Part shown: in pieces, positions 49,779-60,389 of the stretch | Layout: every line of letters starts with the position of its first letter | Position numbering within the stretch: the first letter of the stretch is position 1 | NCBI GenBank assembly: GCA_030059675.1 | Contig: JANVYQ010000001.1 | Coordinates: forward strand, 128,001-192,000 | Source of the DNA: Candidatus Pelearchaeum maunauluense | GTDB taxonomy: Archaea > Thermoproteota > Nitrososphaeria_A > Caldarchaeales > Caldarchaeaceae | DNA: 64,000 bases | Reading direction: 5' to 3' | Program-made: the position numbers and the translations under genes | Notes under the pieces: generated by a model | Told to the model about the DNA's origin: nothing | The model's input: only the letters and a program-made list of their open reading frames with translations | Databases searched by the model: none

Positions 49779-51356
49779 ATGACCGAGGTTAAGTTTGAGC
49801 AGATTAGTCCTAGCGAGTTCTTCTACAAGAACCGCGACATAGCGGGCTTCAGCAGCCCCTCACGCTCACTATACATGAGCATACGCGAGCTTGTGGAGAA
49901 CTCTCTTGACGCGGCTGAGGCTGGGAGGATACTTCCTGATATATACGTCCAGCTGACGCTGGAGAAGGATGTCGACGCCGAGTCTGATGTTAAGATATTC
50001 AAGCTCCGCGTGGAGGATAACGGTATAGGCGTAGCTGGTGAGCAGATTCCACGCGCATTCGCCACCGTCCTCTACGGCAGTAAGTATGGATACAAGCAGT
50101 CGCGCGGCACATTCGGCCTAGGCGGGACTATGGCGCTCCTCTATGGTCAGATAACCACCAACAGGCCAGCGACGGTAATCTCAAGCAACAACGGCCGCGA
50201 GATACACAAATACCAACTGATGATCGACGTTATTGAGAACAAGCCCCGCATAATGGGGCATGAGGTTCTGGAGAACAAGGATAAGTGGCGTGGCACGATT
50301 ATTGAGTTTTACCTGGAGGCAGACTATACTGGGAGTAGGGCTAAGATTATAGAGTATTTCAAGAATACTGCTATAGTCAATCCCCACGCCACCATAACGT
50401 TTGTTGATAATCGCGGGAGGCTTTACCACTTTCCCCGCGTTATTGATAAGGTTCCTGAGCCGCCGCGCGAGTCTAAGCCACACCCCATAGGTGTTGATGT
50501 AGAGACGATGACGCGGCTGCTCTCATCAACGCGAGCCGGCAACCTGGTCTCGTTCCTCACTACAGCGTTCCAGAAGGTTGGTGAGAAGACCGCCCGCGAG
50601 GTCTTGGACTTGGCGAAGCTCCCCTACGAAATGAAGCCGCGCGAGCTGAGCCACGATGAGGTAACAGCCCTGGTTGAGGCGATTAAGAGGTATGGCAAAT
50701 TCCGCTCCCCAGACCCCAACCCCCTGAGCCCGATAGGGAAAGACTTCCTGGAGTCTGGGATTAGGCAGATGCTCAAGCCAGACTTCCTCCACGTCGTCCA
50801 GAGGCCGCCGTCATCGTATAGCGGCTATCCATTCATAGTTGAGGCCGCCGTAGCTTATGGTGGAGACATACCAGCGACGGAGTCAATAAACCTCTACAGG
50901 TTCGCCAACAAGATACCCCTACTATATGATGAGCGCGCAGATGTGGCTTGGAAAGTTGTTACCGAGAAGATAGACTGGAGCACGTATAAGGTTCCGCGCG
51001 TGGCGCCTCTGGCTGTCTTTACCAGCATCTGCTCGTCCAAGATTCCATATAAGACCGTTGGGAAGGAGGCGATAGCTGATAGGCCTGAGATTGAGCGCGA
51101 GCTTACTACAGCGATTAGGGAGTGCGCGCGGCATCTGAAGCTTTACTTGAGTAAGATTGAGAAGCGAGTGGCTGTGGCGAAGAGGTTGAGCATATACGCC
51201 AAGTATCTTCCCAAGATAGCCGAGTTCTCCGCCAAGACCGCGGGAAGGGAGAAGGCTCCAGACGTCTCGCAGCTCCTCAAGAAGATAGGCGTTACGGCAG
51301 AGATGGTGGCGCAGGCGCGGCGCGAAGAAGAGGAGGAAGTGGTGGAGATAGGATAA
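49779..51356 (+). CDS. top6B: DNA topoisomerase VI subunit B
   Basis: RELVENSLDA, EDNGIG, QSRGTFGLG, RFANKIPL, PYKTVGKE. Confidence 0.97.
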   Translation: MTEVKFEQISPSEFFYKNRDIAGFSSPSRSLYMSIRELVENSLDAAEAGRILPDIYVQLTLEKDVDAESDVKIFKLRVEDNGIGVAGEQIPRAFATVLYGSKYGYKQSRGTFGLGGTMALLYGQITTNRPATVISSNNGREIHKYQLMIDVIENKPRIMGHEVLENKDKWRGTIIEFYLEADYTGSRAKIIEYFKNTAIVNPHATITFVDNRGRLYHFPRVIDKVPEPPRESKPHPIGVDVETMTRLLSSTRAGNLVSFLTTAFQKVGEKTAREVLDLAKLPYEMKPRELSHDEVTALVEAIKRYGKFRSPDPNPLSPIGKDFLESGIRQMLKPDFLHVVQRPPSSYSGYPFIVEAAVAYGGDIPATESINLYRFANKIPLLYDERADVAWKVVTEKIDWSTYKVPRVAPLAVFTSICSSKIPYKTVGKEAIADRPEIERELTTAIRECARHLKLYLSKIEKRVAVAKRLSIYAKYLPKIAEFSAKTAGREKAPDVSQLLKKIGVTAEMVAQARREEEEEVVEIG

Positions 51357-51412
51357 CACCTCCCCTCTGTTGTTCTCAAAACCTAATACACCACCGCGTT
51401 GGGTATCTCTTT

Positions 51413-51811
51413 ATGAGCGGTAGGCTGGTCATCAGGAATTGGCGTAGCGTTAAGCCGACGATAGCGCATGGAGCTGGTATTGACTGGCGGCTAATGTCCA
51501 TGCCCCTCAAGACAGGTGGCGACATAGATGTTGAGGTTGACCAGGAGGGCATGTGCCTCAAGGTGATAACCTACGTCTCCCTAGCGTGGCTCCAGCCAGG
51601 GCTTAGGTACGAGCCCCACAAGCACCAGGAGCATGAGGAGCTATACTACATCATTAAGGGGCGTGGCAGGATTAGGGTTGGTGAGGAGACGCGCGAGTTT
51701 AGGGATGGTGATTTGATAAACATACCCGTAGGCGCCGAGCATGAGATAATAAACGACGGAGACGAGATTGTGGAGTTTCTAGCATTCGGCGGCTATACTG
51801 GGCGTAGCTAG
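51413..51811 (+). CDS. Cupin domain protein
   Basis: PHKH..HEELYYIIKGRG, GDLINIP....HEI.N. Confidence 0.88.
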   Translation: MSGRLVIRNWRSVKPTIAHGAGIDWRLMSMPLKTGGDIDVEVDQEGMCLKVITYVSLAWLQPGLRYEPHKHQEHEELYYIIKGRGRIRVGEETREFRDGDLINIPVGAEHEIINDGDEIVEFLAFGGYTGRS

Positions 51812-52380
51812 TCGCCGCTCAGTAGCTGCTGGGAGCATAGCCTCAGGCCGCCGTCTATGTAGAGCGTGGCCCCTGTTATGTAGCGCGCCTTATCAGATGC
51901 TGGGAAGACAGCCGCATAAGCCGCTTCTTCGGGCATGCCAGCCTGCCCAGCGGAATAGCAGCCTCAAGGCGGCGCATCTTCTCCCTATCCTCAAGCACCT
52001 CGCGGTTCATATCAGTAACCATAGCACCAGGCGCTATGGCGTTAACCCTAATCCCCCCTACCAGCAAGCTCAAGAGCAAGCGTCCTAGTCATCATGCCCA
52101 AACCACCCTTGGACGCGGAGTAATGCACGTAGTAGGGCTTGGGAAACGTCTCATGGACGGATGTGATGTTGATTATTGAGGGGTTCTCACGCCCCTCCAT
52201 CAGCCTTACCGCATACTTGCTGCATAGGAAGGGGCCGCGTAGATTAACCCCTATGACCCTACTCCACTCTTCCAGCGGCATCTCCTCTATACGATACCTG
52301 TTCTGGATACCCGCGTTGTTCACCAGCACGTCAAGGCCGTTGAAGCTTTCTCCAATCGTTTTAAACATCCTAGCTAATAA
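51808..52380 (-). pseudogene. SDR (glucose-1-dehydrogenase-like) oxidoreductase, N-terminally truncated and frameshifted
   Basis: LVNNAG, YSASK, IRVNAIAPG and TGATLYIDGG lie in different frames; no GxxxGxG. Confidence 0.85.
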
Positions 52381-52385
52381 CTGGC

Positions 52386-52592
52386 GTGAACATGAGAATC
52401 GTGGAGTTCTATGGGTTGATACCTAATGAGCTGTTTGCATATCTTATGACCGTGCCCATCACATTATCGTTCGGCATATCCATGATTTTCCTCAGAAGAC
52501 GCTGGAGCGCCACTCTCATATCTCTCACGACAGTCCTACTCTATGCGGAAGTGTTATTCTTGGTTTCAAGGGGCTGGTATGTACAGATATGA
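52386..52592 (+). CDS. Small membrane protein or gene fragment
   Basis: 68 aa, two hydrophobic stretches, at the start of the AT-rich islet. Confidence 0.35.
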   Translation: MNMRIVEFYGLIPNELFAYLMTVPITLSFGISMIFLRRRWSATLISLTTVLLYAEVLFLVSRGWYVQI

Positions 52593-53600
52593 CTTTCAGG
52601 GAATGGTTAATATCCACTGCAACACAGACATACTAGAGAAGGATTTCGCCTTCTTCCACACAGATAACAGTTATCTACCACGTATAGAGCTATATATAGA
52701 CCAAATCAACCCACCTGAAAACATCCGAGTATCTATTGGAAAGAGCTACCTCATAACGGATGATGGCATATTCTTCAGCTATCGGTGGGTTAGGCCTGTA
52801 AATCTATGGCTCAGAGGAGTTGAGTCTGACATAACCCGCATAGTAGGTACGCGGATGTATTATTTTCTGGGTAATCTGGTAAAAAGTGGCTATGAGCTTA
52901 TGAGCTTGTTCAGGGCTGTTTTCACGCTAAAGCTGCTTCGCAGGAGCTTCTGTCTATTACCCGCCGCCGTGGACTTTAGTGGCAAGGGAGTTCTGATAGT
53001 GGGTATATCCAATACAGGGAAGACCTCCACCACGCTATCTTTAATGAGCCTTGATAAAGAATCAAAATACATCACTGACCAGTTTGTTGTATGCGGTTCA
53101 AACGCTATATGCTATGGACTCCCTAATAGCATGCTTATATCTAGGAGCGCAGCCGACGACTTTCAGATAAAACTTGGTTTTTCCAAGACCGTTAAGAGCT
53201 ACATTAAGTCATTAGCTTCATGGCTGTTGACTAAAAAGCTCGTTAATAACAAGACCTGGGTTAGTCCCTGCGAGTTATTTCCTAGAGAGAATAACGCTTG
53301 AAACTCGTGCAGCGTCTCTACTCATAGTGAGGAGGTCAGGGTTAGGCGATTCGGTGAGAGCTGTCTAGGGAGGAAGCATATAATATGCTTAGGACTATAA
53401 TGCTGCATGAAAACGCGTGGATAAGTAATCCCATATTGACAACCTATGCCGTAGCCCATCAGCTTAGCCTTACTGATAATTTTGAGTTGGAGAATAGTAT
53501 AGTGCGGGCTTTTGTTAATAGGCTTGATGGTATTTTTCTCGTAAATCTCTCATCTCCCAGGTCAATTAAGAATATGCGGGTTGTTAAGGAGATTCTCTAG
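52543..53600 (+). pseudogene. HPr-kinase-related P-loop protein, fragmented
   Basis: AAVDFSGKGVLIVGISNTGKT; the C-terminal part (SREEAYNMLRTI) continues across frameshifts near 53300-53370. Confidence 0.55.
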
Positions 53601-54654
53601 CCTCGCCAAAATATTTCGCCAGTATATCCACGTACTCGTATCCATATGAGGACACTGGCTCTGGGCTGCTATTGTGGTTATGTCTGTAGAGGGTTGCTGG
53701 CTCTATCTGAGTGCCCTCATGGTACTGGTTCCACGTCTCAACTAGGAGCCACTTGGCTGATGACGCCTTCATGGGAGCTACGGCATCTTCAAAGGCCTGG
53801 GGGTCTCTCTCAAGCCAGGGTGTTGTGTCATACTTCCAGAAACCAGGAGAGACGAAGAAGGAGCAGGGCGAGAAGTCAGCGTACCTATTAGCTGGCGCGT
53901 ATTGATGCCAGCTATCCACCCTATCAGCCACAGACCTCCAGCCTGGAAAGACCTTCAAGACAACATAGATGCCTAGCCTCTCTCACGACAGACCACCTAT
54001 TGACATACCCGAAGGTATCGTCTCCCTCACCATAGACAAATATTACTGGCTTTCCATTAACCTTCAGATAGTTTGGGTCTTGTGCATAGTTATCCAGTAT
54101 GTAGCGTATGTCTCTCTCTAGCTGTGAGATTGAGGGGTCGCCGTATCCTTCTCTCTCATAGTAGATTGCCCAGAGTAGTGATGGGTATGGATTGTCGCTT
54201 CTTTTCATATAGTCTTTGAGAATTAGTCTAAAGACCTCGACCTCATACTCGCCTATCCCCCACCAGGATACGATGACGAACTGGATGCCAGCCCTCTTCA
54301 TAGCTACAACTTGCCATTTGAAGACCTCATAGTCGCGGCTGTCGTAGAGCTCGCGCGCTGGGTTGAAGGTAGCTGGGTCTATGTCGGGCAGGTAGTTTGA
54401 AGCCCACGTAGCTGGCGGCGTATGACCAGCTTCGCGCCAGTGTCTATACTCTCCAGCACCATACCAGGGATAGAAGAACGTCCCCAACAACTGCCCATCG
54501 GTTGAGATTCTCTCCCTCTCTTCATCGTCGTTTACGAATACTACAACTGAGGTTGAGGCGATACTATTAGGCCGCTGTCCGCTATGATTATGGCTAGTAT
54601 TACTGCTGGAATTGTAAGCATATAGGTGTGTTTTTTGGGTGATAGGGAGAACAT
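53584..54654 (-). pseudogene. GH99-like (endo-alpha-mannosidase family) glycoside hydrolase, frameshifted
   Basis: FFYPWY, YDSRD, VSWWG, GKPVIFVY, VSPGF, TWNQYHEGTQIEP; frameshift at about 53980; broken signal-peptide region at 54490-54654. Confidence 0.8.
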
Positions 54655-54956
54655 CCTACCGTGTAGGTATGACGGGATTTATACCTTCCTACCTATCAGG
54701 TTAGTATCTACTTAAATACCATCATGCAAACCAGCTCAACCCTTAATAAAACACCCCCATTATCAGGGTAATACGCAACAATTGGCCATTGATTTAGCAA
54801 ACCCACCTAACATAGCTAGGCGCATTAACAACGAACAGGGAATATGCAACAATCGCGTCATCAAAAATAACTGAGTGTAAAATTCGTGATACGTGTCTAA
54901 AATTGGATGAAAGATATAAGTTGCGGGTTATTGCGCCTAACCCGTGAGGAATTGCC

Positions 54957-55781
54957 TTGGCGGGGCAAAGGCGAAACTTTCTCAAGATGATATTCGGCTC
55001 GGCTTTCTTGGTTACTATCGCGCCTTTCCTCTCTTGGGGCGGCTTCCTTTTTAGGAAGGAGAAGACAGGCGAGGAGCTTCGGCAGAAGGTTGCGAATATA
55101 AGTGAGGTGCCGCCCAACTCAATTGTTACATTCCCATTCCCGCGGACGGGAAACCCCAAGGTTGATTCCGACCCGTTTAGGCAGTATGCGCTAATACACC
55201 TGCCTAATGGTGATGTCAAGGCGTTTAGTAAGGTGTGCGTCCATCTGTGGTGTCTGTGGGGCTATTTCCCAGACCTGCGTGAGATACAGTGCCCCTGTCA
55301 TGGCAGTATCTACAACCCCGATACTGGCGTTGCAACCGCTGGCCCCGCCGCTCTACAGCCTTACCCGACTAACGCGCTGCCTGAGCTGAAGGTTGAGGTG
55401 GATGAGAACGGCGACATCTATGTCACGCATCTAGACGGGAAGGTTGGGTATGGCCGCGAGTGGAAACGCGCTCTAGATAGCATACAGAAGCTCGCGGAAA
55501 CCGCCCCAGATAAGGAGGTTGTGGCGTATGTCCCATTCGTAAAGCCCCTTCAGTCCAAGAATATCAAGAGCTTCTTGAGTAGGTATAATGTTCGTCTAAG
55601 TAAGGCGTATGGCTATTCTGGGCAGGGTAAGAACCGCGAGTGGCTGGAGAGCGACGCGGTGGATGAGGCTCAGAGCATCATGGATGCTGCTTATGGTCTT
55701 GATGTTGTGGCTAAGCCGCGCGACCTTCTAAAGATAGCCGACGACAACAACGTTTTCATCGTCTATATTAGACGTGGCTGA
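54957..55781 (+). CDS. Rieske [2Fe-2S] subunit of a cytochrome bc-type complex, with Tat signal and C-terminal extension
   Basis: RRNFLK; CVHLWC; CPCHGSIY; GPA. Confidence 0.93.
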   Translation: MAGQRRNFLKMIFGSAFLVTIAPFLSWGGFLFRKEKTGEELRQKVANISEVPPNSIVTFPFPRTGNPKVDSDPFRQYALIHLPNGDVKAFSKVCVHLWCLWGYFPDLREIQCPCHGSIYNPDTGVATAGPAALQPYPTNALPELKVEVDENGDIYVTHLDGKVGYGREWKRALDSIQKLAETAPDKEVVAYVPFVKPLQSKNIKSFLSRYNVRLSKAYGYSGQGKNREWLESDAVDEAQSIMDAAYGLDVVAKPRDLLKIADDNNVFIVYIRRG

Positions 55782-56456
55782 ATTACCGTCTAAACGTTTT
55801 CTGCTGGATTGGCGGGTAGGAGGCGGAGGAGGATAGTAGCCTCTTATAGGCGGCGTTTCGGGGACGGAGAAGAAGCCGATGATTGTGAATATCACGCCGA
55901 TTAGAGCAACTATGATTAGTCCTATGAGCATAGCCCAGAAAACCCCAGGCGCGATGGGGAACGTGGTTGGCGGAGCCTGAGTTAAGATTGGCTCGCGTAG
56001 AAAAGACATAATAGAGGAAATCATTACGGCCACAAAAATCAGAGCTAGTATTATCGCTATTATCCTCATCCAGCCCGCGTATCTAAACCATTTAACATTC
56101 AAGGTCGAGGCAGCGGAGAAGTTGGCGGCTATCTCCAGTATCCCAGCAATAAACCCCAGTAGCGCGAGCACTATCATCAACGGCCCTACGATAAGGAATA
56201 GAGAGGATAGGGCTGTTGGGTCCACAAATCCGCCTAGCATGGATGTTAGCATCATGGGAGGGGACAACACAACACCTATAGCTACTACATAGATTATGAT
56301 TATTAAGACACCCGCAGCAATCATCACGCCCCTCTGTACATCTCTACCCATCAAAATCCACGCTATTCCCACGAGTATAGGCGCGATAATGTTGGCGAAG
56401 GGTATCAACATGAGAATGTATCCTATACCTCCTAACCACTTATACGCTCCGCTCAA
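55728..56456 (-). CDS. DUF996-like membrane protein
   Basis: LGGIGYIL..IP, F..AG.M.II, IGFFS.P, Pro-rich tail. Confidence 0.7.
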   Translation of the reverse strand: MSGAYKWLGGIGYILMLIPFANIIAPILVGIAWILMGRDVQRGVMIAAGVLIIIIYVVAIGVVLSPPMMLTSMLGGFVDPTALSSLFLIVGPLMIVLALLGFIAGILEIAANFSAASTLNVKWFRYAGWMRIIAIILALIFVAVMISSIMSFLREPILTQAPPTTFPIAPGVFWAMLIGLIIVALIGVIFTIIGFFSVPETPPIRGYYPPPPPTRQSSRKRLDGNSATSNIDDENVVVVGYL

Positions 56457-56549
56457 TATTCCCTCGGCAATTTTACCGCTGTGTGATTTATAATATTTCC
56501 TTCGGATTTAAATAATGGCCTTTCCACGCATTAGATTTAGAATTTTGCC

Positions 56550-57896
56550 ATGAGTCAGCGTGCTGAAAGCGGGCCGTTGGGGCGTGTCTTTGACGAGTTC
56601 GTGAAGTGGCTTATGGATAGGCTTGAGAGAACACCCCTTATGGCGTTTAGGTTCCAAGTTCCACGTGTCTTCGTAAGCCCCTTCGGGTATCTCGGCATGC
56701 TCACCGCGATAACGTTCCTAATCCTCGGCATAACTGGCGCTCTTCTGATGTTCTACTACAGGCCTGACATAGAGCTGGCGTATGACAGCGTTAAGGAGAT
56801 AGAGGAGAACGTGGAGTTCGGCTTCTTCCTAAGAAACATACACTACCACGCCTCAAACATGATGGTACTCCTAGCACTAGCGCATATGTTCTACCAGTTC
56901 TTCTCGGGCAGGTTTAAGGTGCGTAACGAAATCCTCTGGGTTACTGGGGTTATTCTGGGTACTCTCACGATTCTTGAAGCATTCACGGGCTATGACCTGA
57001 TACTCAACCAGCGCGCCATGCTCGCTGTCAACATAGCTGGTGGCTTGACCTTCTCAACCCCCTTTGTTGGCGAGAGCCTAGCAGCCATACTCCTTGGCGG
57101 CGGCCTCTACGACCTAGTGCTCCGCTTCTACGCGCTCCACGTCTTCATACTCCCGATGGTCATGCTCCTCCTAGTAGGCGTCCACTTCCCCCGCTTCCTA
57201 GTCTTTGACCCACCTATGGTCTCCGCCACGATAGGCTCTATACTGGTTGTCGCTGGCCTCTTCCCCGTTGAGCTAGGGCCAAAGTACAGCCCTACCGCTG
57301 CGTTGATTGAGGTGCCTGAGTGGTATCTTACTGGGCTCTACGCGTTCATTAGGACTGGACTTGACCGCTTCATCGCAGGCGCCCTGCTCCCGCTCCTCTT
57401 CATCCTAGCCTTCCTAGTTGTTCCATTCGTGGATAAGTCCAAGAAGCTTAGCTGGAGGGATAGACCGTTCTTCACAGCCTTCGGAATAACGTCCATAGTC
57501 CTTATCGCCGTTACTACTGTCTGGGGCTTCTACACAGTGCCAGGAGTCCCTGCGTTTGACGCGGTGTATATTGAGCCGATGGTCTTCTGGCCCGTGCTCC
57601 TCATACTAACGGCTGCGACCTTCGGGATTAGCTATAAGTTCGTTGCATCTCCTGGGAAGCAGGCCAAGCCACCTACGCGTGGAAGGCCTATAGTTATTCA
57701 GATTCCCTACGAGTGGGATGTCCGTATAATAATGGCTCTCCTAGCGCTCATAGCGTTCCTAGCTCTGCTCTCGTTCCAATACTATTTGGATGGGCTGAAG
57801 AACATAGCTCTCTTCAACCTCGGCGTTGTTCTGATGATATTCGGCCTGATAGCGCACCTCTATAGGCATGCTATGCAGCAGATTAGCCGCCGCTAA
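56550..57896 (+). CDS. Cytochrome b (unsplit) of a Rieske/cytochrome b complex
   Basis: Heme His pairs RNIHYH...LAHMF and ALHVF...GVHF; Qo motif PEWY. Confidence 0.95.
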   Translation: MSQRAESGPLGRVFDEFVKWLMDRLERTPLMAFRFQVPRVFVSPFGYLGMLTAITFLILGITGALLMFYYRPDIELAYDSVKEIEENVEFGFFLRNIHYHASNMMVLLALAHMFYQFFSGRFKVRNEILWVTGVILGTLTILEAFTGYDLILNQRAMLAVNIAGGLTFSTPFVGESLAAILLGGGLYDLVLRFYALHVFILPMVMLLLVGVHFPRFLVFDPPMVSATIGSILVVAGLFPVELGPKYSPTAALIEVPEWYLTGLYAFIRTGLDRFIAGALLPLLFILAFLVVPFVDKSKKLSWRDRPFFTAFGITSIVLIAVTTVWGFYTVPGVPAFDAVYIEPMVFWPVLLILTAATFGISYKFVASPGKQAKPPTRGRPIVIQIPYEWDVRIIMALLALIAFLALLSFQYYLDGLKNIALFNLGVVLMIFGLIAHLYRHAMQQISRR

Positions 57897-58818
57897 GCTT
57901 CTCCTTTCTCCTATTCCCCGCAGCTTCTGTCAAGTATCCGCAGAGTAGGTAGAAGGTTATCCATCCTTTGAACCTACCCCAGTGGTCTATGGTTTTCCTT
58001 ACCTTCTCGCTTGGCTGGGGCTTGTCGTTGAAGAAGTAATGCGCTACTGCGCGCCTCACGCCTAGGTCGTCTGGGAATGATGTGTGCGGCCTCGCGAGGA
58101 CGGCTGTGAGAACCAGCTCGGCGCTCCACCTCCCCAGGCCTGGGAAGCGCGTAAGCTCCTGCACAACCTCCTCGTCGCCCATTAGCCTTGGCCGCTCAAA
58201 GTCGTAGCCTTCAATAGCTGCTTTCGCCAATTCATGGATATAACGCGCCTTCTGGCGCGAGAGCTTACAACTCCTGAGACCATCTACACCAGCGTTAGCC
58301 AAGGCTTCGGCGGTGGGGAAGTCATAGTAGTCAACGCCGTTAACTGTTAGCTTCTCTCCAAACCTCTTTACAATCTCCGCATTAGCTATGTATGCCACGC
58401 GTAGGGATACTTGCTGCTGGGTGATTACCCTGACTATCCCCTCAAAGACCAAGGCTCCAAAGACGGGAGGCTTAAAGCCGTAGAGGAGCCTGAACAGCCT
58501 GCTTAGCCTCTTATCGCCTTTCAGCGTGTCGTAGAGCTCGTTAAGGTCGTCGTCCAGCCTGAAGACCAGCGCTATCTTACGCGCCAGCTCGCTTTTCTCA
58601 GCGTCGGTAAGCTCTGCGTGGGCTGTTATGCGTAATAGCGGGCTATCCACATGGCCAGCGGCCGAGACCTCAACAGGTATTTTCTTACCCTTAACCGTGA
58701 AGATGCGGCGCCAGATGTTGTTGCTGTATATCTCTGGCTGCGGCTCCAGGGAGCCATAGAACCTCCACTGAAGCTCCATGCTGTACGGCGGCCTGGGCTT
58801 TAGCTCAAAGATGGTCAA
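57883..58818 (-). CDS. alkA: AlkA/3-methyladenine DNA glycosylase (HhH-GPD)
   Basis: ITQQQVS, FPTAEALA, LSRQKARYI, PGLGRWSAE, PDDLGVRR. Confidence 0.9.
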   Translation of the reverse strand: MTIFELKPRPPYSMELQWRFYGSLEPQPEIYSNNIWRRIFTVKGKKIPVEVSAAGHVDSPLLRITAHAELTDAEKSELARKIALVFRLDDDLNELYDTLKGDKRLSRLFRLLYGFKPPVFGALVFEGIVRVITQQQVSLRVAYIANAEIVKRFGEKLTVNGVDYYDFPTAEALANAGVDGLRSCKLSRQKARYIHELAKAAIEGYDFERPRLMGDEEVVQELTRFPGLGRWSAELVLTAVLARPHTSFPDDLGVRRAVAHYFFNDKPQPSEKVRKTIDHWGRFKGWITFYLLCGYLTEAAGNRRKEKLSGG

Positions 58819-58894
58819 GGCAGCATACTCCCTCCATGAAGACTGGCGCTATATGTTTAATGCCAGAGACACCAGCCTGATTGGGGTGTGCGCG

Positions 58895-60331
58895 GTGCAT
58901 CGCGCGGGTAGGCTGGAAAAAGGCATGGACGAAGAAGCTGCACGATACACTTCATCACTGGAGTTTGACCGTGAGATTCTGGAGGCCGTGATATACATCA
59001 ACATGGCTCATGTGCGGCTTCTTGAGCGCGTAGGCGTGTTATCAGAGCAGGAGGCCCGCGAGGCTGTCGCGCTTCTGGGTAAGCTTCTGGAATCACCCCC
59101 CATGCTGGATAGGCATGAGTTTGAGGATATTCACATGGTTGTTGAAGACTGGTTGTCGCGCCGCTCTCCGCGCGTGGGCTCTATGCTCGCTTTGGGCAAG
59201 AGTAGGAACGACGCGGTGGTGGCGGCGATTAAGCTACGCCTGAAGCAGAGGGTAGCGCAACTACACGAGTCAATAGATGAGCTATGTGCTACGCTTCTTA
59301 AACAAGCCGAGAGGGAGGCGGAGACCATATTCCCAGTATATACGCATCTACAACGCGCGGCTCCAGCCACATTCGGCTTCATACTGCACGGCTACGCTAC
59401 GCGGCTGTTGAAGCTCTACCCACATCTAAGGCTTGTGTATGAGCTCTGCGACGAGTCTCCACTGGGCTCGGCCGCTGTTGCTGGAACCAGCGTACCGCTG
59501 GATAGGGAGTATGCCGCCCAGTTGCTGGGGTTTGGCAAGATAAGCGATAACGCTCTAGAAGCCACCGCTTCCCGCGACTTCATCATAGAGAGCATATCCC
59601 TAACGCTCCTCGTAGCGCTGATACTCTCCTCACTGGCCGAGGAGCTGGTGCTATACTCGTCTGAGGAGTTCAGCCTCCTGGAGCTTCCCGACGAGCTGTC
59701 AGCCACGAGTAGTATTATGCCGCAGAAGAAGAACCCAGTGGTGGCCGAGATAACTAGAACCAAGGTGTGGGAGGTATTGGGTCTTCTCTCCACTGCATTA
59801 GGGATAGCGGCGCGCCAGCCCAGCGGCTACAGCCTAGACCTCCAGCAGATAACCCCCAAGCTATGGAAAGCCCTAGACGAGACGGTCAGCGCACTACGCC
59901 TCACCACCAAGATGATTGAGAACCTATCAATCAATACGGCTAGAAGCGCCGAGGCGTGTAAGCCTCCTACGGGAATAGTGGAAGTAGCAAACCACCTAAC
60001 ACTAAACTATGGGGTACCGTTTAGGAAGGCTCATAACCTAGCGGGCAGGCTGAGCAGGCTAATCAGCGAGGGAAAGCTAACACCTGAGACATTTCAACAG
60101 ACTCTCCAAGAGGCTGGCGTGAGCGTTGGCATAACGCTTGAAGATGCGCTACAACTCATGGAGCCGCGTAGAGTTATTCATGGATACAAGACACGCGGCT
60201 CGGCCAACCCACAGTATGTAAAGACAGCCGTTAAGCAGGCATTCCAAGAGCTGGAAAGACAACGTGAATGGTTTTTGGAGAGACGTAGAAAGATGGAGAA
60301 CGCGCTTGCAACGCTTAGAGAGGCGGAATAA
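58895..60331 (+). CDS. argH: Argininosuccinate lyase
   Basis: EDIH, GKSRND, YTHLQRA, SPLGSAA, TSSIMPQKKNP, GVPFRKAH. Start reassigned to GTG 58895. Confidence 0.92.
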   Translation: MHRAGRLEKGMDEEAARYTSSLEFDREILEAVIYINMAHVRLLERVGVLSEQEAREAVALLGKLLESPPMLDRHEFEDIHMVVEDWLSRRSPRVGSMLALGKSRNDAVVAAIKLRLKQRVAQLHESIDELCATLLKQAEREAETIFPVYTHLQRAAPATFGFILHGYATRLLKLYPHLRLVYELCDESPLGSAAVAGTSVPLDREYAAQLLGFGKISDNALEATASRDFIIESISLTLLVALILSSLAEELVLYSSEEFSLLELPDELSATSSIMPQKKNPVVAEITRTKVWEVLGLLSTALGIAARQPSGYSLDLQQITPKLWKALDETVSALRLTTKMIENLSINTARSAEACKPPTGIVEVANHLTLNYGVPFRKAHNLAGRLSRLISEGKLTPETFQQTLQEAGVSVGITLEDALQLMEPRRVIHGYKTRGSANPQYVKTAVKQAFQELERQREWFLERRRKMENALATLREAE

Positions 60332-60389
60332 GTAAGACTGTTAGAGAGCTAGAAGACCATAAACTCAGCAGGATTAAAATTAAGAATTT

